This document shows positions 40,013-59,956 of a stretch of 64,000 bases of DNA, one piece after another (within the stretch, counting starts at the first letter, position 1; every line of letters starts with the position of its first letter). Origin of the DNA: the human T2T-CHM13v2.0 reference genome, Homo sapiens; NCBI RefSeq assembly GCF_009914755.1, contig NC_060940.1. One strand, written 5' to 3'. Position numbers and translations under genes: made by a program. A model generated the notes under the pieces. That model was not told the DNA's origin. It was given only the letters and a program-made list of their open reading frames with translations, and ran no database searches.

Positions 40013-43000
40013 GAGGACTTGGTGGACACATGACATTGTGTGCTATGTGTTCAATTCCTTCCCTTTAAGTGGAATTTATCAGTGATATGTGGCTAAACTC
40101 CTCCAAGGTGGAGAGAGATCCTCCATTCCTGTCCACTTGCCTCAACTCCCAGCATAGGTTGGCACACACACACAAAGGTACATTGTCAGGGCTTGCGGAC
40201 TGCATAAATATCTGAGTAAATCAACGAATGATCATCTGACTTTTCGCCTGGCTTTGGGCAGCGCACACTCTGAGTCATATTTAATTCCCTCACTCCCAGG
40301 CTGAACTCTTTAAAAGATCCTAATTAGATTCTTAGAAGAAATAATACCCATCAGACAAACAAATGACAGGAGGTTGCCTGTGGAGCTAAACTCCCGGCTG
40401 GGAAAATGTAATAAGCGGGCCTATCCCTCTGGGGACTAGACAGATATGGGAAAAAAGGTCATGCCAATTCTTAGCAGGCGCACTGCCCATAAATAGTGTC
40501 CTTCAGGGATCAATGCCCCGTTTGCCGTTAGTCTGACGAGGAAGAGGGAACACTTTTATGTGACTATAAGGACGTACTTTGTTTCTGAAGAAATTAAGCT
40601 CCTGAGTGTTCTGGATTGTTAACAAGGGTGTTTTTATAACCGAAAAGGCTGTATTACGAGGAATATTTCAGAACGATCTCTATTCTGCACCTTGCAAAGC
40701 AAGCCTTCCTGGGAAGGCATAAGACACTTTTATATTCTTGCCTATTTATTATTCTCCTTGCGAATATACATGGTTTGTCACAGTATCTTATTCAGTCTCA
40801 AAAGGAACCTCTGAATTTTTCTAGAACAACCAGCTCACTTTGTGGATGAGGAAATGAAGGACCAGATAAACATGTTTAATTTTGCACGATTTAATATCTG
40901 GCTGAGTGGGTTGGGCACTGCACAACTCTAGAAGGTGCTATGAATACGGGCTGCTATATGAATGGCACCTCCTGGGATTGTACAACTTAATGGTCCTATA
41001 TGCTTCCATTGTGAAGAAAGAATGTTCTCAAATTGCTATGATTAAAAAATGATTTTTTGTTGCTTTGAATGAAAAAATGTATACTAATTTCAAGTATCAT
41101 TTGATTAGATGATTTCGAGAACATTAGCATAGCTTTGCAAAGTAAGATTCTCAAACTCGAAGAGTTCCATATTTTTTGTGCTCTTTCTGAAAGTCAATAT
41201 TCCATTGTAGCTAAGAGCTCAGACTCTGGAATCAGGCAGAAATGTGATTTGACCATTAATTAGCTGTGACCTTGGGCAAATCACTTTAGCTCTCTAATAT
41301 CAGGCTCTTTCTTTATAATATGAACATAATATTATCTTATCACTGGGTTGGAAAATGTGACCTACAAGTGACCCATTCCCCCTACTTTTTTGTCTACTCT
41401 GAATTTGTTCCAATTAGGAGTGGGCTTGCTCTAGACTATGGATGATGGTTGGTCGATAAGCCAATCAATTGCTCAATTCCATTCCCTGCTTTCCCAGACT
41501 CCTTTGCACCTAGGGATGGTCCTGTGATCCTGTTTCGGCCAGTGGGAGTGTTGCTGTCATTTCCAGGAGATTCCATTACACTTAAGCTTGTTTCATTCTT
41601 TTACAGAGTTGTGTAGGTCCTGAAGGCTGAATACAATAGGGAAGAGCTACCAACTGGGTCCAATTGAGTCCAATCTGCCAAGCTCTGAATCAGAAATCAG
41701 AAACCCAGGTTCTCCCTCTACCTGTGCCAATGGTCCTGTTGTGTGACCCTGGGCTAGCCTCTTTCCCACTGGGATCTCAGTTTTCTCATCTGTAAAGTGT
41801 AGGAGTTCGATGGTGCCTGAGAGGTTATTTCTTTATTCATTTATTTAGGCAGAGAGGACTCTTCAGATTGCCTAGCTGGCCACTCTCTGCCTGTTATCTT
41901 TTTAGCTTCTCTGCAAGGAGAAGGTGCTAATTGGCTCCATCAGAGTCCTAGACACTCCTTGGGCCATGCATCCCTAGTGTCACTGTGTGGCAAAGGCTGC
42001 AGCTCTGCTCTTCTTCCCCTGTTACAGGCTGGGCAGTGCTCTGATCTAACGGCCTGCCTGAGCTCTTGCACATTGCCTTACATGTGAGCCATTGGGTTGG
42101 GTTGTGTATTAAGTTTGGTAAGACTCCAAGATTTATATTCATTAATTGGGAGGTGGAGTGGGACTAGAAAAAGGGTTTTAGATTACAGCCTAAACCAAGG
42201 GCTCTAATCTAACTCTTTTTTTTTTTTTTTTAAGAGATAGGGTCTCGCTTTGTCGCCCAGGCTGGAATGCAGTGGTGTGAGCCTAGCTCATTGCAGCCTC
42301 GAACTCCTGAGCTCAAGTGATATTCTAACTTTTTAAAGGAAGCTCTACATTGGTGACTATTAGGTCCAGATTCAACTATTAATAAAAAGGTGTTTTGATT
42401 CCAATGTAGCTGCTGCTTCTTGCATATAGCTCCCTAAGGAACTTTGGGAGTGGGGTGGAGTGAACAGGAGGGTGTTAGGAGATGGACAACAAGATTCAGG
42501 AATTGCTGGATCCCTGGTCTCAATGACATCAAAAAGATGAGCAAAATCACAACCCAAGCTAATCCCTACTTAACTTTAAACAAATATTTCTGAAACACCC
42601 AATTTCTGGCACGTCACAGCCAGCTCTGATGTTCTAAGATACAAAATTCTACTACCTTGGTTGGGACCAACATTGAACTCCAAATTCCCATCCTCCTGGT
42701 GATTTCTGGTTTCCTTTCCTGAGACCTGAATACCAGTGGTGGCTCCATGGGGACGGCACTGGGAGGTTTAACATTCCCCATCCCCCAATTTCTATCAGTC
42801 TGCCAATGTTTAATATAGACACCTGGCATTTTCTTATTCTGATGGTGTAGTAAAGGTCCTCACTTTCAAGTCTTCCTCCCTACTAGAGTCTCAACTCTAA
42901 GCCCCTTCTTGGGTCTCCTCCTCAGAGCTACCCTTCCTGAGTAGCCCCCAAAGATTTATACTTTCTAAAACAGCAGAATGGGTTCTATTCAGACAATACT

Positions 43001-43155
43001 TTGGTGAAAAGTAAACATCAGACTGGCACAGCTGAATCCTGGCCCTGGCTTCTAACAGCTTTGGGGGGTTAGCTCTACAAAGGCTACAGTTTATCTAAGG
43101 CACTAGGAACCCCAGGGCATTGTCAGGCCTTGCACTTTTAAAGTGGAACAGACTA

Positions 43156-43581
<426 letters not shown>

Positions 43582-44874
43582 CTAGTTTACAGAAACCCCA
43601 GTGGGTGAATGGGTGGGACAAGAAGAACTCGATTCATTATCTGGTCCAGGTAGTTATTATGCCAACCTCTATAGTAGATGTTCAGAAAACAGTGGTGAAG
43701 AAAAGGACAGTCCTTGCCCTTGCAGGGTAGTGGCCTATGGGTGAAACAGACGAGTAACTAAATTACAGGCTAGCCTCGGCCAATGCCTCTCATAACATAA
43801 TGTTCTTGTGAACCACCTGGGATAGTTCTAAGATGCAGATTCTGATTCAGTAGATTTGGGTTAGGGCCTGAGATTCTGCATTTCTAACAAGCTCCCAGGT
43901 GATGCTGATGGTCCAAGAACCATACTTTGGTTGGCAAGGGGCCAGGTATTAAAAGCATGGGCAGCCAGGTGGAGTGTTGCATGCCTGTAGTCCCAGCTAC
44001 TCAGGAGGCTGAGGTGGGAGGTTTGTTTAAGCTGGGGAGTTCGAGGCTACAGTGAGCTATGATCGCCCCACTGCACTCCAGTCTGTTTCTAAAAAAAAAA
44101 AAAAAAAAGGCTTAACGTGACTTGGGTTTGGCAGAGGCTCAGCTCTTTTTGCTCCTTCTGTTTCTTATTCATGCCTGCTGTCACGTTGCTCTGGAAGGGA
44201 CATGTGTAAGAATCTGTGTGGAACTATTCTGTTCAATTTGGTAGCTGCAGGTGGCTAATCAGCACTTGCAATGTGCCTAGTGCCACATGTTGAAATGATA
44301 ATATGTTGCATATACTGGGTTAAAGAAATGTATAATAAAATGAAATATGCAATAAAGTATGTTATTAAAACTAATTTCACTGTTTCCTTTTATCTCTTTT
44401 AAAAATGTGGCTACTAGAAAATTTTAAACTAACTATGTGGCTCACATTATGTTTTTATTGGCCATCACGGGTTTGGAACCTCATTCTGTTCCTGTCTGAT
44501 CCCGCTGCTGGAGGCTGGGGTGGTGTCATTGGGAAGGGGACCTATGCTAGGGTATCCTCCCAGGGGCTGGAACAGCTAGGAGAGCAGCCATGGAACAGAA
44601 CCAATAGCTGAATTTGAAGAAGTGAGGAGATCAGTCACTATACCACCAGAAATTCCTATAGATGCTGTGTAGCAGTTAGCTGCTGCTGCGTAAGAAACCA
44701 ACCCCAACTTAGTTGCCTAAAACAGCAACCACACATTATCGTTCATGTGCCTATGGGTCAGTTGGACTGTTTTGCTGATTTAAATCTGACTGGATTGATA
44801 TTTGACTGGGCCTCTTCATTGGCCTCTGGTTTCATTAGTCTCTGGTGGGGCTTAGAAATCAGTAACGATGTATT

Positions 44875-45490
44875 TATTATTATTTTAATTTTCTTTATTT
44901 CAATAGATTTTGGGGTACCAGTGGTTTTTGGTTACATGGATGAATTCTATAGTGGTGAATTCTGAAATTTTAATGCACCCATCACCTGCCTAGTTTATAT
45001 TGTATCCACTATGTAGTTTTTTTACTCTACACCCCCAACTCTCTCCCTTTTGAGTACCCAAACCCCATTACTGTGCTCTGTATGGCTTTGCATCCCACAG
45101 CTTAGCTCCCACTTATAAATGAGAACATACGGTATTTGGTTTTCCATTCCTGAGTTACTTTGCTTAGAATAACGGCCTCTAGCTCCATCCAAGTTGCTGC
45201 AAAAGACGTTATTTTGTCCCTTTTTATGGCTGAGTAGTATTCCATGGAGTAGATATACCACATTTTCTTTATCCACTCATTGGTCAACAGGCATTTAGGT
45301 TGGTTCCATATCTTTCCAGTTATGAATTGGGCTGCAATAACCATATGTGCGCATGTGTCTTTTTCATATGACTTCTTTTCCTTTGCTAGATACCCAGTAG
45401 TGGGATTGCTGGACCGAATGGTAGATCTACTTTTAGTTCTTTAAGGAATCTCCATACTGTTTTCCATAGAGGTTGTACTAATTTACATAG
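44875..45490 (-). mobile_element. L1 (L1PB/L1MA-type) 3' end including the ORF2 C-terminus
   Basis: ORF 45102-45344(-) reads IWNQPKC...EWIKKMWYIYSMEYYSAIK...WMELEAVILS, the L1 ORF2p C-terminus. Confidence 0.92.
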
Positions 45491-45568
45491 AAATCAGTAA
45501 TTTTTAAGAGCTCACCCAGGTGATTCTAAGGCAGCCAGAATGGAGGACCATTGATTCAGACCCTAGAG

Positions 45569-45760
45569 CAGTGGTTCTCAGTCTTGAGCATGCATCAAAA
45601 TCCCTTGCAGGGCTTATTAAAACATAGATTGCTGGGTTCCAGCCCCAGAGATTGTGACTCAGAAGGCTTGGGTTAGGTGCAAAGAATCTGCATTTTTTAT
45701 AAGATCCCAGATGATGCTGATGCTGCTGGTCTGGAGACCATACTTTTGGGAACTACTGCA
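45569..45760. mobile_element. MER5A
   Basis: CAGTGGTTCTCA...GATGCTGATGCTGCTGGTC...GAACTACTG. Confidence 0.85.
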
Positions 45761-46273
45761 CAGAGAGAAAATAGTCATGAGGCAACGATAAAAGGAGATT
45801 TCTATAAGATAATGAGGAAGCAAAGTATCTATTGGGCAGGGAGGAGGAAAAAGAGAGAAGAAATGAGGTAAGAGATTAGATTCAAGAACCCTCACTCCCT
45901 ATTTCCTGGAGGAGGTAGCAAGGACAAGTGTGTTGTAGAAATCTCCAGAGAGGTTTAGCGGGATCTGAGAGAGTTGGGGGTGGTGTCCAGCTTTCCATGG
46001 CACAACCTAGAGAGAGGTTTAGTATGTGGCTCACACCTGTAATCCCAGCACCTTGGGAGGCTGAGGCAAGAGAATTGCTTGAGGCCAGGAGTTCAAGACC
46101 AGCCTGGGCAAGAGAATGAGACCCCATCTCTACAATAAATAAATTAAAACAAAATTAGCTAGGCGTGGTAGTGTGCACCTGTGGTCCTAGCTACTTGGGA
46201 GGCTGAGATGGGAGGATGGCTTACACCAGGAGTTTGAGGCTGCAAAACTCTCTCTCTAAACAAATTTTATGTT

Positions 46274-46659
46274 TGATATGGTTTGGCTCTGTGTCCCTAC
46301 CCAAATCTCATCTTGAATTGTAATTCCCATGTGTCAAGGGAGGGACCTGTAGTCCCCAGGTGTCAAGGGAGGGAGGTGATTGGATCATGGGGGCAGTTTC
46401 CCCCATGCTGTTCTAGTGATAGTGAGTTTGTTCTTACAAGATCTCATGGTTTTACATGTGGTTAGAAATTCTTCCTTCACTCTTCTCTCTTCTGCCACCA
46501 TGTGAAGGTCCTTGCTTCCCCTTCCCCTTTCACCATCATTGTAAGTTTCCTGAGGCCTCCTCAACCATGTTAGAACTGTGAGTCAATTAAACCTCTTTCC
46601 TTTATAAATCACCCAGTCTCGGGTATTTCTTTATAGCAGTGTATCAATGAACGAATACA
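46274..46659 (+). mobile_element. THE1 (D-like) MaLR solo LTR with an internal ~29-bp duplication
   Basis: TGATATGGTTTGGCTCTGTGTCCC...AACTGTGAGTCAATTAAACCTCTTTCCTTTATAAAT...AATACA. Confidence 0.88.
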
Positions 46660-47461
46660 ATATTTAAAAAGAAAAGAAAAAAGGTGAGAGATTGCAGGTC
46701 TCAGAGTAATGTGCTTTGGCAGGGCACCACATTCAAGATGGTGTGGGAATGGGAGATGAACAGAGGGAAGATGTGGAGTGGAGGTGAACCTAAGGACAGC
46801 CTCCTGGACCCCGGACTGGTGCTGAACTCCCCAACCCCAGGGGCTTACAACACTCCTCACATTCCAGACCCAGATGAGAAGAATTATGGAAATAAAAAAT
46901 CTTGCTCATTTTGCACAACTGAATCATAGGGGATAAGTGTCAAGTTTGCTATGGAGTATTTCACAGTTGACTAAGTTGCACCAAAAGGTTTTGGTAAATA
47001 AAGATGATCTGTCTGAGACTAGAAAGGGTCTGTGCCTTATAAGGCTTGGGTTTGCAGGGGAGGGGTTGGTAGGAGGCTCAGATATACCTATAAGGATCCC
47101 AAGTAAGACCTGATAGGCAGTTAGGTGGGGGTAGACATGGCTTTCTCGAAGAAGCTGGCTGAACTGACAGCATTAGAGTCAACTTGCAATCAAGGGGACC
47201 AGCCCCATTTACTAACTACACGGTTACTCACTGCAGCATTTTCTTTGGAGGTGGGAATTGAGAGGCAGGAAATGTCTCTCTGGGTCACTCCAGATCCAGG
47301 GGAAAGGCTTACAGTTTTTGGCTGAACTTACTCCAATGTGAAGATTGAAGGGTATGCACTTGGGTGTTGGATGCCATTCTTTCTGAGACTGTGGTGGGGG
47401 ATCCACTCTCCTCATCAGGGAGGTCTGGTGGTCAGGGAGGCAAAATGTGGTCCATCAGTGA

Positions 47462-50072
<2,611 letters not shown>

Positions 50073-50335
50073 AAAGAATAAACTCTTAAACATGTGAATT
50101 TCTTTTCCTCACAGAGTTCTCTAGCCTCAAAGATATTTGGATTTAAACTTGCAGAGGGAAGTGGCTGTCTTGATCTTTTGTTTTTTTTTGTTTCCGATTT
50201 TAGTTCTTAATTCTGTGTAAGCGGGTGTGCTGTGGATGAAGGAAGAGGTAGTGCAGGAGTGACTCAGAGGAGGAGGGGAGAAGGTACTGTTGTCCCCTAG
50301 GTGGGACAAGGAGGAAGAAATTTATGTCATGAGGA

Positions 50336-50514
50336 CAGGACTGGTGATGTGAGCACAGGACCTGGGCAATGGCGCAAGTCCAGTGCTCAGAGGGATCCCC
50401 TACTTGGTTTGATGCATTGCTGTGGTCATCTTGCAAACCTTAATAATTTTGAATTAGGGGTCTTGAATTTTCTTCTTGCACAGGATCCTGCTAATTTTTT
50501 GTAGCCAGATCTGC
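50336..50514. mobile_element. MER45A-like hAT element
   Basis: GTGCTCAGAGGGATCCCCTACTTGGTTTGATGC...TTAATAATTTTGAA...TGTAGCCAGATCTG. Confidence 0.75.
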
Positions 50515-51509
50515 ACAAGCGTAAGTCTGAGAAGTGGAAGGGAACTGGCGTTGAGCTGCCTACCATGTGGGTCATCCAGGGACCATCACCTTTGCAACAC
50601 ATGCCCTCCCAGAGTCCTCAACACGTGTATGTCCCCTTGAATGGAGACAGAAGACTTGGATGGGTACAAGGCTCACTTTAACCAGAGGTCTTGCTATAAC
50701 CAGGGCACTGCCCCATGAGCATCTGTTAAACTGTCACTTACAATACCAACTGCCCTTATCCCCAGAGTATCTTGCCCCATTATGATTTTTCTGCACATTG
50801 GAATAACATAAGTTACCTGATGTTTCTGTCTCATCATTTTATTTCCTTTTGTGGGAACTATCCATCTCTTGTTCTACATGTTTCTAGTGGGGCTACAAAT
50901 CTTGGTGCACTACCCCTCGCCATAGGCACGGACACGTGACACAGGCTGGGCCAATTGCAGTGCTACATCCTCCTTTGCACCTGCCATTGATCCAGGGTAG
51001 CACTTTAAGGGCTACCAAAGTTGAGATTACCTCCATCCTCCTTTGATTGCATTGAAATGGAAATTGCAGGTCACTACAAGACAGGCGAATCAGAGCATTT
51101 TACTCTTCCTCAATCCCCAGTAGTCACAATGCAAGACTTTGCTTTCACTATTCCTGTTTTCTATGTGAATGTGGCATTTGTCAGTTGCTTTGATGGGCAA
51201 TGGTCCTTGGAGCTGGTGCAGTTCACTCAGTGATGAGGTCAGACAACGATGGCTCTGCAAACATGAACAGAAAATCATTTCAAAAGTCAGAATGTTATGG
51301 CCCCTTTTATTGCCTTACACAAGGCAGAAATCAGGCCATTTGGAAGTATTCATTAATTTATTTATAAACTTCATTTATATTTTTGAGACACTGAAGGGAC
51401 CTTTTACATTGATCTTTCATAGAAACATCTAAAAAGGAAGGAAGCATAATTCTCAAAGACAATTTGACAGAGGATCCTTTCAACATAGAATTAAAAAAAA
51501 TTTAGCAAG

Positions 51510-52070
51510 AGCTTTTCATTTTTTTCTTTTTAAAAACACCTTTGTTGACATATAATTTACATACCATAAAATTCGCCCATTTTAAGTGCACAATTTAATG
51601 ATCTACATTGATTCACAAAGTCATGCAACCATCACCATAGTACAGTTTTGGAACGTTTCCATCACCACCGCTATCCCCCCAATCTTTTGTGCTGTCTACA
51701 TTCATTCCCCATTTCCCATTCCCAGCCCTGGGAAACCACTAGTTTATCTTGTGTCTTTATAGATTTCCCTTTTCTGGACATTTCATATAAATGGAGCCAT
51801 ACAATATGTGCGGGTTTTCTTAATTTTTATTTTTCGAGGCGGGGGCAGTGGTGCAGCTGGCTTCTTTCACTTAGTATGATGTGTTTCAGGTAATCTAAGT
51901 TGTAGCATGCATTAGTAGTTCCTTCCCTTTTATTGCAGAAAAGCGTTCCATTGTATGACTATACCACATTTTGTTTATCCATTAGCCTATCAATGGACTT
52001 CTGGATTGTTTCCACTTGTTGACAATTATGAATAATGCTGTTGTGAACATTGGCATGTAAATCTTTGTGC
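51510..52070 (-). mobile_element. Old L1 (L1MB/MC-type) 3' end
   Basis: ATATAATTTACATACCATAAAATTCGCCCATTTTAAGTG...CCACATTTTGTTTATCCATT. Confidence 0.85.
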
Positions 52071-52451
52071 AGAGTGATGGCTCTTTAGACAATACTGAAT
52101 TCTTCCTCACCTAGAGAAACAAGCTCTTCCTGGAATAGTACATAGGTAGGCCTCATTGAGCCTTATTTGAGAACAATGGATAAAGTGTTAAAACTCTTCT
52201 GCTACTCTTGAGAAGGCAAAATTGTTATGGGAGTGTCAGAAGATCTCAGGCTTTACTTAGGACATTTTCCCATGTTTCTCTTAACAAAGAGGGACAAGAC
52301 CCAAGTAGGGCCAATTGGGTTTTTTCTGGATAGATATAGATGGATGTCTGCAAAAATATCTTTTCTCATTGGGATTGCTGTGCTAAGAAATTGTAGAGCT
52401 GACATCCATTAGTGCAATTTGTCCACTTTTGTGGAAGGAGACTGTCAACAG

Positions 52452-54270
52452 AATTCATTCATTCATTGATTCATTCATTCATCTGACAATATTATTGGGT
52501 AGCTTCTACATGTTAGGCACTGTTCTAGATATTAGTGATTCAACTGTGGAAGAAATAAAACCCCTGTGCTCAAAGAGTTTACTTCTAGTTGATGAAACAT
52601 ACTACAAAAAAATATAAAAAATATATTTTTATATGATATGTCACATGGTGATATGTATTATGGAGAAAAATTAGGCAAAGCAGGGGAACTGGGAGCTCCT
52701 AGGCAAGAATAAAGGTTGCTATTTTAAAGAGAAAAGTCAAAGAAGATTGGACTGAGAAGGTCAAGTATTATTTAATGCTGTTTAACAAATTACCATACAT
52801 TTAGCTGCTAAAAGAACAGATATTTATTAACTTACAGTTTCTGTGGTCCAGGAGTTGGGCATAGCTTAGCTCAATCTTCTACTTTAGGATCTCTCACAAG
52901 TCTTTAATCAAGGTGCTGGCTGGGCTGTGTTCTTATCTGAAGGCTCAATGAGGGAAGGATCAGCTTCCAAGCTCACGTGGTTGTTCACAGAATTTCAGTT
53001 CCTCTAGGTCTGCTGGATTGAGGGTCTCAGTTCCTAGCTAGACACCCTCATTTCTTTGCCATGTGGGTCTCTCCAACATGCCAACTTGCTTCCCCAAAGC
53101 CAGCAAGGGAGGGAATCTGCTGCCAAGACAGAAGTTACTGCCTTACGTAGCCTAATCACAGAAGTGACATCCATCACCTGTGATAGGTCCTGCCCACACT
53201 CAATGGGAGGAGATTACACAGGGGTGTTAATACCAGGAGGAGGATCACTGTGGGCCATCTTAAAAGCTGCCTGTTATAGAGATGAAGGAGTGAGCCATGG
53301 GGGATTTCAGAGGGGTGAGTGAAACAGGCAGAAAGTTCAAGTGCAGAGGCCCTGGGCTGGGAGCTTGCCTGGTGCTCGAGGAACAGCAAGGAGGCTGGTG
53401 TGGCTGGAATGGAGTGAGGGGATGGTAGTAAAGATGAGAACAAAGAGGTAGATGATGGAGGGCCAGGTTATGTGGAATCTTTTTGACTTTACTTTAACTG
53501 AGTAAATTACTCAGTTAAAGTAAATTTACTGAAGGGCTTTGAGTAGAGGAATGACATAGTATGACTTACTGTTTCTACAGCTCATGTGGGCTGCTGGTTG
53601 AGAATAGAGTATCAGGTAGGAGTTGGTGATGGAGAAAATGGAGAGTCCAGTTAGGAAGCTACTGAAATAATCCAGGGGAAAGATAATGGGACCTCAACAT
53701 CTCTCATGGGACCTCATGGGAAATGATGATAAATTGTCAGATTCTGGGTATATTTGGAATGTAAAGAGGACAAGATTTAACAGGGCTTTTCTGATTGGGT
53801 GTAGGGTACAAGAGAATCTATATCTATATTTTTATATCTATATCTCAAGGATGGCTCCAAGGGTTCTGACTTGAGTAACTTGGAGAGGGAAGACAGTGGA
53901 AGAAGCAGGTTTAGGGGATTAAGGGGCAGGTGAGAAATTTGGTCTTGGAATACAAAACTTGTTATGCTTCTTAGACAGGGGTTGGAATTTTTTTTTTCTG
54001 TAAAGGGTCAGATAGCAAATATTTTGGGCTTTGCAAGCCATACAGTCTCTGTCACAACAACTCAACCCTGCCACTGCTGCATGAAAACTCCCGTAGAAAA
54101 TGTGTGTTCCCAATAAAACTGTATTTACAAAAAAAAGTGAGAAACTGTGTTTAAGCATAATTTGAAAATCCTTTCTTAAACATGCAGCTGGAGAAGAAAC
54201 GGCAGTTATATATGGTGCCTTGGAGTTCAGAGAAGGCATCCGGGCTGGGAACACATTTTGGAGATTTGTG
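52452..54270 (-). mobile_element. Long antisense L2 interrupted by an MLT1 LTR (~52765-53275) and MER58A (~53977-54140)
   Basis: (TTCA)n tail at 52453; L2 body GGAACAGCAAGGAGGCTGGTGTGGCTGGAATGGAGTGAG. Confidence 0.8.
53488..53524. repeat. Perfect 37-bp palindrome (18-bp arms, 1-nt centre)
   Basis: TTTACTTTAACTGAGTAA-A-TTACTCAGTTAAAGTAAA. Confidence 0.95.
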
Positions 54271-55017
54271 TAGATAGGCCAAAGGAAAAATGAGAAGTGG
54301 AGAGGCAGAGAACCAGCTTCATGGTTTGAGCTCCTGAGTCCAGATCTATCAGAAACTCAGGTACATCAGTAAGTCATGTAGATTCTAGCTGGGCAGCTAC
54401 ATGCCCAGCCATAACTCTATTTCCATAAGAGAAAGGAAGATGGACTTTGGTGGGTACCTTGCATTTTCTGCTAGATAACAGGGCTCTAGAAGGCAGGCAG
54501 TTGGTCAAGGCAGAAGGAGAGAAAGACAGAACACCTTGTTAATGTTGGTGTTGGCATGACTAATGGGTGCCCTCAATCATGACAGGCCCCAGACCATCAC
54601 ATGAGACCTGATCATTCAGAGGAAGGGGAACTACATGGCAGAGTGGGTACCACATGCCAGACACTATGCCAGCAGCTTCCAACTCCTTCACTTCATCTTG
54701 CATGTCATACGTCCCAGGAAAGCAGATTACATGCCCACTTACTGATGAAGAAACCGAGGCTCAGAAAACTGGTGAGCAACATAGTCCCTATTTGAACTGA
54801 GGTCTCTGTGACTCCACATTCTTTCAACTGTGTCCCACCTGCTTTGGGACAGGGTCTGTCTGCCTTCTGGTCCTTTTCATGCTCCCTATGGAAGTGGGCT
54901 GAGCCCTCATGTGTGTGCAGGGGTAAATGCATCTATTCTAGATCCTTGCTACTTAATCTGTGGTCTGTGGACTAGCAGCATCAGCATCACATAGAGCTTG
55001 TAAGCAATGCAGAAACT

Positions 55018-55540
55018 CCCAGCAATCCCATTACTGGGTATATACCCAAAGGAAAATAAATCATTCTACCGAAAAGGCACTCGTATCTTCATGGCAGCGC
55101 TATTTACAGTAGTTAAGACAGGGGATCAACCTAAGTGCCCATCAGTGGTGGATTGAAAAAGAAAGTGTGGGAAATATACACCACAGAATACTATGCAGCC
55201 ACAAAAAGAATAAAATAACATCCTCGGCAGCAATAGGGATGCAGCTGGGGGCCATTATCCTAAGTGAATTAATGCAGAAACAGAAAACCAAACACAGAAT
55301 GTTCTTACTTATAAGTGGGAGCTAAACACTGGGTACACATGGACATAAATATGGGAACAATAAGCACTGGAGACCCCAAAAGGGAGGAGAAGGAAGGGGG
55401 GCAATGGTTGAAAAACAACCTATTGGGTACTGTGTTTACTATCTGGGCAACGGGATCATTATAAGCCCAAACCTCAGCATCATACAATATACCTATGTAA
55501 CAAAACTGCACAGGTACACTCAAACCTAAATTAAAAAAAA
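55018..55540 (+). mobile_element. L1 3' end inserted into a MER5 element
   Basis: CCCAGCAATCCCATTACTGGGTATATACCCAAAGGAA...A-tail; MER5 halves on both sides. Confidence 0.9.
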
Positions 55541-56869
55541 AATAGCTTTTAAAAACGCAGAATCTCAGGCCATGGCCCAGACTTATTGACTCTTTCACAA
55601 GATTCCCTGAGTGAAATGCACAGTAAATTTGAAAGCTTCATGGTTCTCACACTTCAGCCAGCATTAGAATCACCTGGAAGATTTCTTGGCCCCTAGAGGC
55701 TCTGATTCAGTCCGTATAGGAAGGACCTGGGATTCTGCATTTCTGACAAGGTCCCAGGTGATGCTGATGCTGCTGGTCCAGGGACCATGCTTTGAGAACC
55801 ACTGGTCTACAGAGTACCAGGTGCCAGGGATCTGGGCTCAGCAAGCCAAAATCCCTGTCTCAAAGTTGCTCACAGCCTCATGCCCTCCTCCCTGCCTCTA
55901 AAGGAAACACCACATCAGATCCAACGCTTCTTCCCTTTTCATGAGTCCCAGGAAAGCAGATTTCACATGCCGCCTCTTGTAACCACATCAGAGCTACCAA
56001 TGCTTATGCCTACCCTGAAGCTCTCTTTGGTTTCTGCAGGTAAATCCTACCTCTCTTCATCCTAGCAGCGGCAGAGAGAGGGAACAGGTGGTCACCAGCT
56101 TCCTGCTAATAACCCTTCATATGTTTGCAGCCCATTATTAAATTGCCCTCACATTTTCCTTCTTGAAGATTACATAATTAGCTACCCTTTTCTGAATCAT
56201 GGGGTGGAGAGGGTTTGGCTGACTGTAGCTACCAGACTCAGACAGGAACCATCTGTAGTGGAAATTCTTGAACCAGTGTGGAGGCTGGAGGTAGGATGGC
56301 ACGGGGGCTTCAGAGGGTTTCAAAGGCGAGACCATCAGACTCCTTCCCCTAAGCAAGATCCTTAGGAGTGATATCAGCAGACAGCATGCAAGATGAAGAG
56401 ATGTCTGGTAGGAGGCAGGGACTGGCTGGAGGTCAAGCATCATGGGTGAGTCAAACATCTTCAGGGCTTTATGGGCACCATTAGGCCAATCCTCCCGCTC
56501 TGTGCAATCTCCCACTCTGACCTGTTTTAGCCAATGGAACATCCTTTGGGGTAGGGGGCCGCGGGTGCAGCCTGGCTGGTGGTGGGCATCGTCCTAGGTA
56601 GGAAGTGTGTGCACATCACCAAAATGATGTCCCAGCATGCTAAGGTCAAGGTCAAAGTTTAGACCACCTGCATCAGCATCTCTAGGGAAGCTCGTTAGGA
56701 AATGCAAATCCCCAAACCTCACTTCTAAATCTACTGCATCACAATCTCTGGGTGAGGAGTCTGAAAATAAGGAGTTCCAGAATATAGCACAGCTCCCTAC
56801 TCTCTATGCACAGTCAAGTTTGATGAATGGCTGTCCTCCTGTCTGATGTGTTGTTCTGTCTTTTCAACC

Positions 56870-59956
<3,087 letters not shown>

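Noticed and set aside
45102-45344. 80-aa ORF with real protein homology
   Set aside because: C-terminus of L1 ORF2p in a 5'-truncated dead L1.
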